A stretch of DNA of 35,937 bases from a virus (lineage: Duplodnaviria > Caudoviricetes). The stretch spans positions 1 through 35,937 of the IMG/VR virus record IMGVR_UViG_3300031260_000049; one strand, written 5' to 3'. Shown here piece after piece: positions 18,270-27,100 of the stretch. How positions within the stretch are numbered: the stretch's first letter is position 1; every line of letters starts with the position of its first letter. The notes below the pieces were generated by a model. The model was not told where the DNA came from and searched no databases. It saw nothing but the letters and a program-made list of their open reading frames with translations. The position numbers and the translations under genes were made by a program.

Positions 18270-18812
18270 TTATTTCAAGGCCATGTCGATGTGATCCTCG
18301 ATGATGGTCAGGATCTCTTCCTTGTCCGCTTCGCTGATTCCCAGAAACGGCCGGGCCGGCACGTTCTGCTGTAATGTGTAAGGCTCGATACGCGCCCATA
18401 CCGGGTGCTTTAGCGGCTGGCCAAAGGCTGTCTTGATCAGCCGGGTATGGGCGGGGATGTTCACCTGACCGTAAAAACCGAACTGGTGGATCGCGGCATA
18501 CGGAACATTGGTGCCAACTTCGACTGAGTCCTTGCCGGCTTCTGGATGGATCGAACCCCGCAACCGATGGCTTTCGGTTAGCACTTTCGGATGTTTCTTC
18601 CGCTCCCTGGTGGCGGCACTGACCTCCGGCCACTTCTGTCCGTCCGGACCTGTTTCACTGTCAAACCGCTGTTCGGTGGCCTGAACCATGTATTCGCCGA
18701 TATTCTTCATGGCCGGGGTTAAATCGCCAGTCGCCTTGACCAGGCGCTTTAGGGCGGCCTGAATCTCCCGATCGTCAATCGCTACTGTGATTTTTAGTCC
18801 CGCTCCAGACAT
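18270..18812 (-). CDS. Mu gpG-like virion morphogenesis protein
   Basis: RF..E.GPDG..W, VGTNVPYAAIHQFG, PARPFLGIS motifs. Confidence 0.92.
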   Translation of the reverse strand: MSGAGLKITVAIDDREIQAALKRLVKATGDLTPAMKNIGEYMVQATEQRFDSETGPDGQKWPEVSAATRERKKHPKVLTESHRLRGSIHPEAGKDSVEVGTNVPYAAIHQFGFYGQVNIPAHTRLIKTAFGQPLKHPVWARIEPYTLQQNVPARPFLGISEADKEEILTIIEDHIDMALK

Positions 18813-18813
18813 A

Positions 18814-18842
18814 TTGACTTTTCCTTAATCAGCCTTTAGGAT
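18814..18842 (+). promoter_or_regulatory. Plus-strand sigma70 promoter facing the 3' end of the MuF gene
   Basis: TTGACT (18814-18819), 17 bp spacer, TAGGAT (18837-18842). Confidence 0.55.
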
Positions 18843-18919
18843 TGAATATGCAGGCGACGGTTGGGCTGTGCCCCGATAACCGATTGCCGGGCGACGTGAT
18901 CTGCACGGAGGTCATAGTC

Positions 18920-20119
18920 TCAATCCCTTCCATACACCAGCCTTCCCTTGCGCAAGTTTTTCAAACCGCTCACGATCCCCCGAAACATATCGCCGCTGAC
19001 CCAGTGGCCGTTTTCGATCTCGGCATACAAGCCCAACACCCGATCCTTATCCAGGCTCACCAGCTTGACGTATTTTCGCCGCAGGGCCACCCGGCCGGAT
19101 AACTGGCTTTGCGCAAAGTTGATCCAGATTTCCTGCGGATCCTCAATAAGCTCGCGAATCAGGGGAAAGTAAGCATCACGGCCGTCCCAGCGGGAGTCCG
19201 GTTTTGCAAGGATATGGTCGACCAGGGCCTGGGTCACCCGGACCGGCGCGCCGGTCGGGTCGGCGATATCGGCAGCATTCCCGCCGATAGCCGATCTCAG
19301 AGCCTGCCGCAAGCCGGCCTCATCGCCCTTGGGTACCGGATGACCGAGCCTGGCCATCGCACGATCTGCGCTCAGCTTAGCCGGCCGGCCAGCCATCTTC
19401 GGACCCCACGGGTGCAAATCGTTCCACGGCCCCAGGTCCTCCATCAGGCGCGTCGCTTCGTTGCGGCCCCAGGCGGCCTCGCCAACGTTGTAATCCCAGC
19501 CTTTGCCGATCCCTTCAGGCGCGCCGGTTTTCGGATCGATGGTCACATGGGGGGCTTGATCTGGATCGTCCTTGCCCAGCTTCTGTAACTGCCGCTTACT
19601 TAGCGCTTCGACAAAGCACTTGCAGCCCCAGTCGTTTGGCGGATAGTGGGTTTGCCACCAGGGATCGTCCGCGGCCAACACCAGCCCGTCCCAGGCCAGA
19701 TGCTGCAGCCTCGGCTGGCGGCTATCGCCGTGGCGATAACGCCAGTAAGGTCGATAGCGGGCCACGTCCGGATCGGTCATCTGAGCATGACGGCCAGCTT
19801 GGTAGGCAGTGCGCAGGTTGGTTTCAAAAATCACCCGACTACGCCATCCGCGACTGCCGTTGTAGCTCCATCCATGGGTGGCCACGATGCGATCGAAATC
19901 CCTGCGAAAGCTCTCCAATGTGCCGCCGCTTTCCAGAGCCTTGTCGATGGCGCCGCGAAAATCGGCTAACAGCGCATCGCGCTGAGCTCCGGCAATCATG
20001 AACCCGCGCGCGTGCATGTCTTTCCACAGGTCGTCCCAGCGCCGGGTAGGGATGTTGACCTTTTGGCGAAAAAAGGCGATCGCCTCTTTAAATGGAAGAT
20101 CAACGGCCGTTACACTCAT
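18920..20119 (-). CDS. Mu gpF-like head morphogenesis protein with C-terminal extension (PBECR-like nuclease fold suspected)
   Basis: IFETNLRTAYQAGR, HLAWDG..DDPWW..YPPNDWGCKC, GWDYNVG; ~180 extra aa with DHI..R..YFPLI.ELIEDPQEIW..RRKYVK. Confidence 0.88.
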   Translation of the reverse strand: MSVTAVDLPFKEAIAFFRQKVNIPTRRWDDLWKDMHARGFMIAGAQRDALLADFRGAIDKALESGGTLESFRRDFDRIVATHGWSYNGSRGWRSRVIFETNLRTAYQAGRHAQMTDPDVARYRPYWRYRHGDSRQPRLQHLAWDGLVLAADDPWWQTHYPPNDWGCKCFVEALSKRQLQKLGKDDPDQAPHVTIDPKTGAPEGIGKGWDYNVGEAAWGRNEATRLMEDLGPWNDLHPWGPKMAGRPAKLSADRAMARLGHPVPKGDEAGLRQALRSAIGGNAADIADPTGAPVRVTQALVDHILAKPDSRWDGRDAYFPLIRELIEDPQEIWINFAQSQLSGRVALRRKYVKLVSLDKDRVLGLYAEIENGHWVSGDMFRGIVSGLKNLRKGRLVYGRD

Positions 20120-21675
20120 GCTTCGTCCTCTACGTCAGTGCGGCCCTGCAACTCCGCCAGAACCAACGCCTGGGCCAGAGCCTGCCCGGTGGCGGCCAGC
20201 GCCATGTCCGGATACAGATCCAGCAGCCGGTCGCGGACCTCCTCCAGGCTGGCCGCTTCGGTCAACAATCCATACACGGCCTCAACCAGGTCGCTACCGT
20301 CATTTAGATCCAAGGCTTTGGCGGCAAGTTCACCGACCCCACCATCGACACCCTGTTCGCGGTTATGTGCCCGGTTCATGGCTGGTTCAGGTTTGGCTTG
20401 TTGCTCCGGTGCCGTTGCAGTGGCAGGCGGCCCGAGCAGATCCTCGGGTTTTGCGTTGGCATCGGGGTCGGGGATGCTGAGTTTGTCGCGCACTACGCTC
20501 TGCTCGACCTTCAGTCCCAGGGGCACCAGTTTTTCCAGAGCGTTGACCAGGACGGTGAGGTCTTCCGACTCGGCCGCACGCAGCTGCACGCTTGGGTAGT
20601 TCTCTTGCGGGCCGTAATTCAGATCGATAAACGGCTTGATCAGATCGCGACCAAGAGTCTCTTCGAGTTGCTCGGCGTCATCGTCGCGGATGTCGTCGCG
20701 CACCTCCGCCTGCAGCTTTTCATCGCCCAGCTTGCCCGGCGTGCCGCTGGCGCTGGCGGTCTGCCCCAAGATGCCCTTGCTCACCTGGGCATCGAGGTAC
20801 TCGGCCAGGCGCTGGTAAAAATCGGCCGAGCTGTTTTTGCCGGCCTCCACCAGCTCGATCATCATCGACTCGGGGAACACCGCCGCCGCGTCGCTGCCCA
20901 GGTTGGCCACGGCACTCTTGAGCACGGCGATATCGTCGTTGCTGGCGCCACTGCGGTATTTGCCCATGCGCAGCGGCATGCCGAACACCTCGGCAAACGC
21001 CAGCCAGTCCTTGACCGTGTAGCCCTTGCACATGTACGCCCAGCTGGCCAGACGCGCCAGACCGCCACGGATCGGCAGGCCGGTCTTGATGCGTGGCACA
21101 TGCACGATATAACCGAAGGGCGACAAGGGCAGACCGTCGAGCATGTCGGCCTCATCGCGCAAGCGCACCTCGCTGCGGGTAGCCTGGTCGAACTGAAAAA
21201 AGCGCGGGTCACGGTGCTTATAGGCCGCAGGCTTCCAGGTGGAGCCGGAGCGATCCCAGATGATTTCAGCGACGCTGTAGCCTTTGCCCAGGGCGTCGAG
21301 CAGATCTTTGATCAGGCTGCGAAACCCCGGCTTGCGCACCAGGCCGCGCACCGCGTCGGCCAGCTTGACGTCTTGGCTGCTGTCGCTGTAGGCCTCGACG
21401 CTGATCGGCAGTCGAGACACGGCCAGCTTGCGCTTGGACAGCTCCGAGGCGTAGTGCAGGTCGCGCTCCTCCATCTCCTCGGCCAAGGTCAGGTACTCGT
21501 AGTGATCGCCCTCGGCAGCCGCCTGCAGCAGGCCGGCCAGGCGCTGCGGGGTGAGGCCGCTGGCGACCGTGTCGGTCCAGACCGTGCGGATGCCTGTCAG
21601 CGCCGGTGCGGCTTTTTCGCGGGTCAGCTCCCGGGTGATGACCGGGCGGCCGTATGCGTCGTAAAGAGGGGCCAT
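20116..21675 (-). CDS. Portal protein, Mu gp29-like (DUF935)
   Basis: EMEERD.H, FAEVFGMPLRMGKY, SKGILGQT motifs; follows terminase. Confidence 0.93.
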   Translation of the reverse strand: MAPLYDAYGRPVITRELTREKAAPALTGIRTVWTDTVASGLTPQRLAGLLQAAAEGDHYEYLTLAEEMEERDLHYASELSKRKLAVSRLPISVEAYSDSSQDVKLADAVRGLVRKPGFRSLIKDLLDALGKGYSVAEIIWDRSGSTWKPAAYKHRDPRFFQFDQATRSEVRLRDEADMLDGLPLSPFGYIVHVPRIKTGLPIRGGLARLASWAYMCKGYTVKDWLAFAEVFGMPLRMGKYRSGASNDDIAVLKSAVANLGSDAAAVFPESMMIELVEAGKNSSADFYQRLAEYLDAQVSKGILGQTASASGTPGKLGDEKLQAEVRDDIRDDDAEQLEETLGRDLIKPFIDLNYGPQENYPSVQLRAAESEDLTVLVNALEKLVPLGLKVEQSVVRDKLSIPDPDANAKPEDLLGPPATATAPEQQAKPEPAMNRAHNREQGVDGGVGELAAKALDLNDGSDLVEAVYGLLTEAASLEEVRDRLLDLYPDMALAATGQALAQALVLAELQGRTDVEDEA

Positions 21676-23097
21676 TTACCAGAGTCCTTTTCCCCGGCCA
21701 AGACCGGCGGTAGTGCGTATCGGGCGCGGCAGTTCGTCGTTGCGGCGCACCGGGTGGTAGGCGTATTCGGACACCCCTTCACTGGCCGCCTCGATGGCCA
21801 GGGCCAGCGCCCAGAAACGGTCGGCATGGCCGTCCGACGTGCGCTCGGCGGTGAACCGCACGTTTCCCGCTGCGGTGGTCTGCTTGGTCATCGAGCGCAG
21901 ATCAGCGCGGATATGCTTGTCATAGGGGATGCGCAATCGCCGGTCCTCCATCTTGGAGCGCACCGGGTAAGCCAGCGCCTCCTTGACCCTGGGGGTGAAG
22001 GTTACGCACTCGACCCGATAAGATCCGAACTTGTCCTGGGCATCGTCGCCCCAGCCGATCCCCAGGCCGGTGTAATCGATGCAGATCCGTTCAGCCTTGG
22101 CCATGATCGGGTAGAGCATGGCCTCCTGTTCGCTCTTGCGTTTGTTTTGCAGGGTGAGCACCTCGCGGGTGTAGAGGGTGTCGCCCAAAAGTTCCAGCAG
22201 CCACAGCACGGTCAAGTCGTTTTTGCGGCCGATGTCGATGCCGGCGAAAAGCCGGCCACTCTCGCAGGTGCGCCAATCAATGCCCCTCCCGTATTCGGCG
22301 GACGCAATCAGGTCGTATTCCAGAAAGGCGCTGTTGTCGTCGGCCGGCTGGCACATGTACTCCTGAAGGAAAGACTCTTCGTCGGCGCAGCCGGATTTAA
22401 CGAAATCGAAATAAGCCGCCTCGTCCATGGCCTGGCGCTCGTCGTCTGCCGGCAGAGACTGCTGTAGCTTGTACAAAAAACCCTGGTCGAGGGCGTCCTG
22501 CAGCGTGACGCGGTGCAGGCTGATATTTTTCGGGTTGCCGTTTTCCCGGGCTTCGCGCACCAGTTCGTTGAAAAAATTGGCGCTGCCACGATGCGTGCTT
22601 ATCACTTCCATGTTGCCGCCCCAGGTGATACCGGGGTAGGCGATCGACCACAGCTTGCGCGGATCAGGATGCAGGGCGAATTCATCTAGCACCCGACCGC
22701 CACGCTTGCCGGCCTGAGCGTCGGGGTTGGAACTCATGGAATGAATACGCTTGCCGTTGGCGAATTCGAGCACATAAGCGGAGAAGGTTTTCTCCTTATC
22801 GATGGCGATCTCGCCGAGATCCTCTGCGGCGATCTGCAGCACCTTCGCCCACTTTTTGCAGTCCTCGATGAAAAGCCGCGCCTGGATGTCGTCGCGGGAA
22901 CTGACCCATTGATCGTGCTTGTTGTCCTGCATGGCGGTGCGTTCATCACAGGCCCACGCGGTGCTCCAGGACAAGCCGATCTGACGTCCCTTTTCCATGA
23001 GCTTGAGTCGGCTGTGGTCCTTGATCCATTTCGCCTGGTAGGGCAGAAAGATGCCGGATGGATTAGCCGGAATGATTTTGGCGTTGCCTTTTATCAT
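21676..23097 (-). CDS. terL: Terminase large subunit, Mu gp28-like
   Basis: FLPYQ, KGRQIGLS, LDEFA (Walker B), GIDIGR, DYTGLG, GHADRFWA. Confidence 0.95.
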   Translation of the reverse strand: MIKGNAKIIPANPSGIFLPYQAKWIKDHSRLKLMEKGRQIGLSWSTAWACDERTAMQDNKHDQWVSSRDDIQARLFIEDCKKWAKVLQIAAEDLGEIAIDKEKTFSAYVLEFANGKRIHSMSSNPDAQAGKRGGRVLDEFALHPDPRKLWSIAYPGITWGGNMEVISTHRGSANFFNELVREARENGNPKNISLHRVTLQDALDQGFLYKLQQSLPADDERQAMDEAAYFDFVKSGCADEESFLQEYMCQPADDNSAFLEYDLIASAEYGRGIDWRTCESGRLFAGIDIGRKNDLTVLWLLELLGDTLYTREVLTLQNKRKSEQEAMLYPIMAKAERICIDYTGLGIGWGDDAQDKFGSYRVECVTFTPRVKEALAYPVRSKMEDRRLRIPYDKHIRADLRSMTKQTTAAGNVRFTAERTSDGHADRFWALALAIEAASEGVSEYAYHPVRRNDELPRPIRTTAGLGRGKGLW

Positions 23098-23696
23098 CAG
23101 AACAAAGCCTCGTGGATTTTCGCGATGGTGTCCGGGGTGATACCGGCCTTGCGGGCGACCTGGTCAACCTTCTGCGCCGCTTCCTCCAATGCCTGCTGCC
23201 TGATTTCCTTTTCCCGCTCCACGTTCAGATTCGCGGCCTTCTCAAGGCGCATCGATGTCAGCGCCAGGTCTTTCAACATCCCCACCACGGCCGGTGCGCT
23301 CTCCTCATCGAGACTGCCGCTTTGCATAAACAGCGTCACGTCAAAGCTGAGCGTGCGCAGGATCTCGTTGATCAGATTGCCGACCTTGCCCTGGGGCGCA
23401 GCGCCCAGCTTGTTGATCCAGCGATCGGCGACCTCGCGAGACTGACGCAGCCGTTCGCCCACATCGCGCATCTGCAGGTCGTATCGATTTACCGCCGACT
23501 TGCTGACCCGCTCGGGGCAGGCCGGATCGAGCACCTCCGGATCCCCGGCGGCGCGCAGCTCGGCGAGGATCGCGTTGACCTGGTCAACCGCCTGCAGCTG
23601 GGTAATGCGCGGGTTGTCCAGCATCGATTGCAGCTGCTGACGGACTCCGGCAGGCAGCAGATCGACGGTGGACGGCTGGCGGCGCTTGCGACCCAT
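23097..23696 (-). CDS. Mu gp27-like small terminase (DUF3486)
   Basis: STVDLLP, SKSAVNRY motifs; TGATG coupling to neighbours. Confidence 0.85.
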   Translation of the reverse strand: MGRKRRQPSTVDLLPAGVRQQLQSMLDNPRITQLQAVDQVNAILAELRAAGDPEVLDPACPERVSKSAVNRYDLQMRDVGERLRQSREVADRWINKLGAAPQGKVGNLINEILRTLSFDVTLFMQSGSLDEESAPAVVGMLKDLALTSMRLEKAANLNVEREKEIRQQALEEAAQKVDQVARKAGITPDTIAKIHEALF

Positions 23697-23995
23697 CAGC
23701 GGCACCCGGGGCCGGGGCGTTTGACGCCCGGCACAATGACGCGACCGGCGGCGACATCGCCACCCCTGCCGGTGAGAGTGGCTACCATATAGCCGGCTGC
23801 ATCGCGCAACGTGATAAGCCCTTGTTCCTCAAGCCAGGTCAGTTCGGTGCGGATGCGATCCCGGCTGACGCTGTGGCCGTAATAATCCAGAGCCGACTGC
23901 AAAACAGCCTCGTTGTGGCTGTATCCGGCATCCCCGGCCAAGGCCAGCAGCAGACTGCGACGGATGTCGGCAGTGACCAATTCCGAAAAACTCAT
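23696..23995 (-). CDS. Mu gp26-like winged-helix protein
   Basis: SRDRIRTELTWLEEQGL...G.DVA.G...PGVKRP.P motif. Confidence 0.85.
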   Translation of the reverse strand: MSFSELVTADIRRSLLLALAGDAGYSHNEAVLQSALDYYGHSVSRDRIRTELTWLEEQGLITLRDAAGYMVATLTGRGGDVAAGRVIVPGVKRPGPGCR

Positions 23996-24394
23996 TTACT
24001 TATCCCTCCCGAGCAACTGTTCAAGCACCAGATTGAGTTGATGGCGGCTGGCCTTCATCTCGCCGCCGAGTTCCTTAACCAGACCAAGCACATCATCCAT
24101 CCTGGCGTGCACGCGGCCGATGTCGGCCTGACTTGGCAAGTGGTGCACCTCGGTCTGCAAACGACCCAGACCACCTTCGAGGCTGCCGGTACGTTCTTGA
24201 TGCCGCGAGCAGCGAGCCTCGCGATCGGCCATAATCTTCTGCATCTCTTCGCGGCTTTGCTTTTCGGCAACGCTGGTCTCAAGAGTTTTAAACCGCTTGG
24301 CATTTACCTTTTCGCGATTGACCCAAACGGTGTAGACAAAAAACGCCAAGAGAAGTACGTCGCGAAAGATTTCATAGGCCAGTTTCCAATCCAC
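23996..24394 (-). CDS. Mu gp25-like membrane-anchored coiled-coil protein (DUF2730-like)
   Basis: N-terminal TM, HLPS..D motif, synteny. Confidence 0.7.
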   Translation of the reverse strand: MDWKLAYEIFRDVLLLAFFVYTVWVNREKVNAKRFKTLETSVAEKQSREEMQKIMADREARCSRHQERTGSLEGGLGRLQTEVHHLPSQADIGRVHARMDDVLGLVKELGGEMKASRHQLNLVLEQLLGRDK

Positions 24395-24607
24395 TTACCG
24401 TCCCCCTCGCGCCCGCTCCAGCGCCCCTTGACATTCCACACATAACCGGCAACCCGGAATAGCCTGCCGCCGTTTTTCGGGGATCTCGGCCCCGCACTCT
24501 TCACACTCTGTCAGGCCCGGACCCGTCTGCTGCCTTCGCTGCCAGTCGCGCATGGCGTCCGCCTGCAGCTGCTCGTTGATGGCCTGGGCGCGGTCGATAT
24601 CGTCCAC
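24395..24607 (-). CDS. TraR/DksA C4-type zinc finger protein
   Basis: D.IDRAQ, CEECGAEIPEKRRQAIPGCRLCVECQ; GTG start with AGGA SD. Confidence 0.88.
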   Translation of the reverse strand: MDDIDRAQAINEQLQADAMRDWQRRQQTGPGLTECEECGAEIPEKRRQAIPGCRLCVECQGALERARGGR

Positions 24608-24611
24608 AAAA

Positions 24612-24803
24612 TCAATCCTGCTCCGGGCTGGCAAAAGCCAGCTGCGGCCATTGTCCGCCTTTGCTTTTTTCCAGGGCGTCCACCAACTGCTCGCGGGTCA
24701 GATCGGCGGTAGAAAGCTCGATCAGGCGGCCCCCGACTTCGAATATCAACTTTTCGGCGACCGGCAGCAGGGCCAGGATCAGGGCTACGGTTTTTTCGTT
24801 CAT
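24612..24803 (-). CDS. Small hypothetical protein in lysis module
   Basis: ATGA overlap with upstream gene, GGAGG SD, hydrophobic N-terminus. Confidence 0.65.
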   Translation of the reverse strand: MNEKTVALILALLPVAEKLIFEVGGRLIELSTADLTREQLVDALEKSKGGQWPQLAFASPEQD

Positions 24804-25408
24804 TGCTCACTGCCTCCCGCAGACACGATGCCGAACTCCGTCGCGATCGCCTGCATGCTTGTTGTGATTTCGGAAAATCGCGCACTGACCGCCCGGTAAT
24901 TGGCCCAGGCCGCGCTCTCCTCCGACCCTCCGGACTCGATAGCCACGATGAGCAGATCGGCGGCCATATCGTAACTCGCCCGCGCCTGCCCGTAGATCAC
25001 GGCGACTCTGTCGCACTGGCTCTGCTTTAAGGTGCCGGCAGTGCACATATCGTCGGCGGCTTCCGCCAAACCGACCACCACGGCCTGGGTCGATAGCAGA
25101 CTCTTGGCCGCCAGGCTCGCGTGGGATTGCTCCCTGATGGCGCAGCCGCTCATGGATGCGATAAGCAGAAACGCCGCGAGGCAGGCCAGCAGAAGATGTA
25201 GCGCCAGGGGCGGGGAAATACGGCCGCTCTGATTGCCCCAGGCCAGGGGCTCTTTGGTGATGGCGCGCAGCATGAGGTTGATTACTCCGAGGATGTAAAC
25301 CTGCGCTTCGGGCGACAGCACAAAATCGGTGTAGCTCTGCAGGATCAGCGCGGCGATCGCCAGCACGTTGATCCAAAAGGTTTTGCTCAGATAAAACGCC
25401 TTACCCAT
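24800..25408 (-). CDS. Holin-like N-terminal domain fused to a lipobox-bearing helical domain
   Basis: SKTFWINV...LRAITKEP 2-TM holin-like unit, then LLLACLAAFLLIASMSGC; directly after endolysin. Confidence 0.7.
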   Translation of the reverse strand: MGKAFYLSKTFWINVLAIAALILQSYTDFVLSPEAQVYILGVINLMLRAITKEPLAWGNQSGRISPPLALHLLLACLAAFLLIASMSGCAIREQSHASLAAKSLLSTQAVVVGLAEAADDMCTAGTLKQSQCDRVAVIYGQARASYDMAADLLIVAIESGGSEESAAWANYRAVSARFSEITTSMQAIATEFGIVSAGGSEQ

Positions 25409-25428
25409 AGCTCTCTCCATGGTGAGGG

Positions 25429-26019
25429 TTAAGAGCCCAGCCGTTCCAGCCAGCCGGGGATATAAAGGGGATTGCCCCCGCGATAATGCAGATACGCCTC
25501 GCCCCTGAGCGCTGCCATCAGCGCCCGCTTATAGGGACAGGCCGCGATGACGGCGGCGCTGATCTGTCCGACGATGCCGTCGATCCGCAGGGTTCCCCGC
25601 CGCAAAACGGTGGAGATCACCTGCCGCCATTTGGCGCGACGTTGGGGCGGGACTTCACCGGTGCAAACGACATTGACCGCCCGTTGCAACATGCGCCCGG
25701 CGGTGCCGGTACCGCAGTTGACCGCCAGATCGAACAGCCGGCAGGCCAGATCCGGCGCGTCTCCGGCAATGCGTTCCGCGCCGCAGGGGATCCAGTAATG
25801 CTCCCGGTAAAGCGCGATCGCCCGCGGCAGGTTTAGCCTCTGGATATCGATATCGGGGAAGGCCGCCGCAGAGATCCCGTATTTGGTGCCCCAGAGTTCG
25901 CCGGAGCCGACCTTGCCGCCGGTCCAGTTGCCCGGGTCATCCGGATCCATCGACATCTTTCCGCCGCCCTCCTGCTGCAGGGTGAACGAGATGGCCGAGT
26001 CGAATACCGCGTCGTTCAT
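25429..26019 (-). CDS. Endolysin, glycoside hydrolase family 108 with peptidoglycan-binding domain
   Basis: EGG catalytic motif, DPDDPGNWTGG, GTKYGIS, FDLAVNCG, LQRAVN, IDGIVG, GWLER. Confidence 0.92.
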   Translation of the reverse strand: MNDAVFDSAISFTLQQEGGGKMSMDPDDPGNWTGGKVGSGELWGTKYGISAAAFPDIDIQRLNLPRAIALYREHYWIPCGAERIAGDAPDLACRLFDLAVNCGTGTAGRMLQRAVNVVCTGEVPPQRRAKWRQVISTVLRRGTLRIDGIVGQISAAVIAACPYKRALMAALRGEAYLHYRGGNPLYIPGWLERLGS

Positions 26020-26186
26020 GACGACTCCATGGATTACGTGCGGGTATGGGCGGGGCGGCCCCCCATGGGCCGCCCCTTAACAAAGAACGGGAAGACGCCG
26101 GCATGCCGGCCAATGCTGATGTTGGGAGGATAAGAAATTTAGATAGATTACGCGCGGGGAGTTGTCAGGGTTTGGCAGTGGAAATG

Positions 26187-26213
26187 AAAAAGCCCCTCCC
26201 GGATGGGAGGGGC
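26187..26213 (-). terminator. Rho-independent terminator closing the XRE/ImmA cassette
   Basis: GCCCCTCCC/GGGAGGGGC stem, 4-nt loop, TTTTT on minus strand. Confidence 0.85.
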
Positions 26214-26224
26214 AAGGTTGTGGG

Positions 26225-26356
26225 TTAATCGAGGTAGATCGGCCAGGCCTTGAGACCATAGGCGTGGGCGTCAAGGACACGACCATTTTTCAATTTCCGG
26301 TAGCGCCGGAAAATGACCCGCTTTCTGGGGGTCGAAGGACACGCTCTTCTTGCCAT
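26225..26356 (-). CDS. Unannotated 43-aa basic protein (MARRACPSTPRKRVIFRRYRKLKNGRVLDAHAYGLKAWPIYLD)
   Basis: GGAGGT SD 7 nt before ATG 26356; TAA at 26225 immediately before terminator; below ORF-track cutoff. Confidence 0.78.
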   Translation of the reverse strand: MARRACPSTPRKRVIFRRYRKLKNGRVLDAHAYGLKAWPIYLD

Positions 26357-26393
26357 AGAAACCACCTCCAGTCCGGCAAATGATTTTTTCAGC

Positions 26394-26510
26394 TTGAAGA
26401 GCGTCCGCCTTATTGATATACTGAGCGGTAGATTTTGCAGCTACAAGCTGGCCCGACCTTGCCATGTCGGGGAACCCATTCGTTGTTGGCGCAACGAATG
26501 GGTTTAATTT
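26394..26510 (+). ncRNA. Predicted ~80-nt antisense RNA with own promoter, opposite the immA-to-small-ORF spacer
   Basis: TTGAAG-17-TATACT with extended TG; hairpin CCCGAC/GTCGGG, then 13-bp stem 26473-26504 and a T-rich tail. Confidence 0.55.
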
Positions 26511-27097
26511 TGGCATAACCCTAAAGATTTCAATCTCGCTCTTACAAAAGCAGGGTTAACATTAAAGATTTCGCTTAATTCATGGGTTGTTGCACCTTCC
26601 GAGACCATTTTCTCAAAAGGTTTTGTCGGCATAAGCAACGCTCCCGCGAACCGATACGCTTGCCATTCTGGGTTCCGGTAAACAGGGAGGTTGCTCCTCC
26701 TGTACAGCTGGGCTTTGTTTTCACCTTTTCGCTGTTCAAATACCTGTTGTTTTCCGGCCCGGATAAGATCCGGTGCATGCAGGATGCTGTGTCCGGTTTC
26801 GTGTGCAAGTGTAGAACGGAAAAACTTTTCGCTGGTTTCATCTTCTACGAGATCTTGACTGATCCATAATTTTCTTTCTTTACAGTCAGTGACGCCATAT
26901 ATCCCGGGGGGCAGTATTCCCGATGGGTCATAATTGATTCCGGCTAAATTCTCCAGCTCAAATTCAACAAAATCCTCGATATCAAAAGGCGCCTTCCCTA
27001 GTAACACCTCAGATTGATACTTCGCAACGAGTCTTTCAGCAATTCGATCAATTTGTACACCACTCATTGGCTTGAAAATTAGCTCTACATCATTCAA
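26504..27097 (-). CDS. ImmA/IrrE-family Zn metallopeptidase (DUF955; CapP-like)
   Basis: RSTLAHETGH (HExxH), EWQAYRFAGALLMP, C-terminal HTH; AT-rich. Confidence 0.92.
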   Translation of the reverse strand: MNDVELIFKPMSGVQIDRIAERLVAKYQSEVLLGKAPFDIEDFVEFELENLAGINYDPSGILPPGIYGVTDCKERKLWISQDLVEDETSEKFFRSTLAHETGHSILHAPDLIRAGKQQVFEQRKGENKAQLYRRSNLPVYRNPEWQAYRFAGALLMPTKPFEKMVSEGATTHELSEIFNVNPAFVRARLKSLGLCQN

Positions 27098-27100
27098 GAT

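Noticed and set aside
2697-22467. Long plus-strand ORFs (593, 520, 676, 408, 359, 700 aa)
   Set aside because: Shadow frames opposite well-supported GC-rich genes; no SD or domain motifs.
26095-26112. HDV-like ribozyme (minus strand reads GGCCGGCATG)
   Set aside because: Part of a simple palindrome GCCGGCATGCCGGC; no nested double pseudoknot could be built.
26271-26516. 81-aa ORF from the track (also 26077-26286)
   Set aside because: No SD and they read through hairpins or the terminator; the 43-aa ORF at 26225-26356 in another frame has a perfect SD and ends at the terminator.
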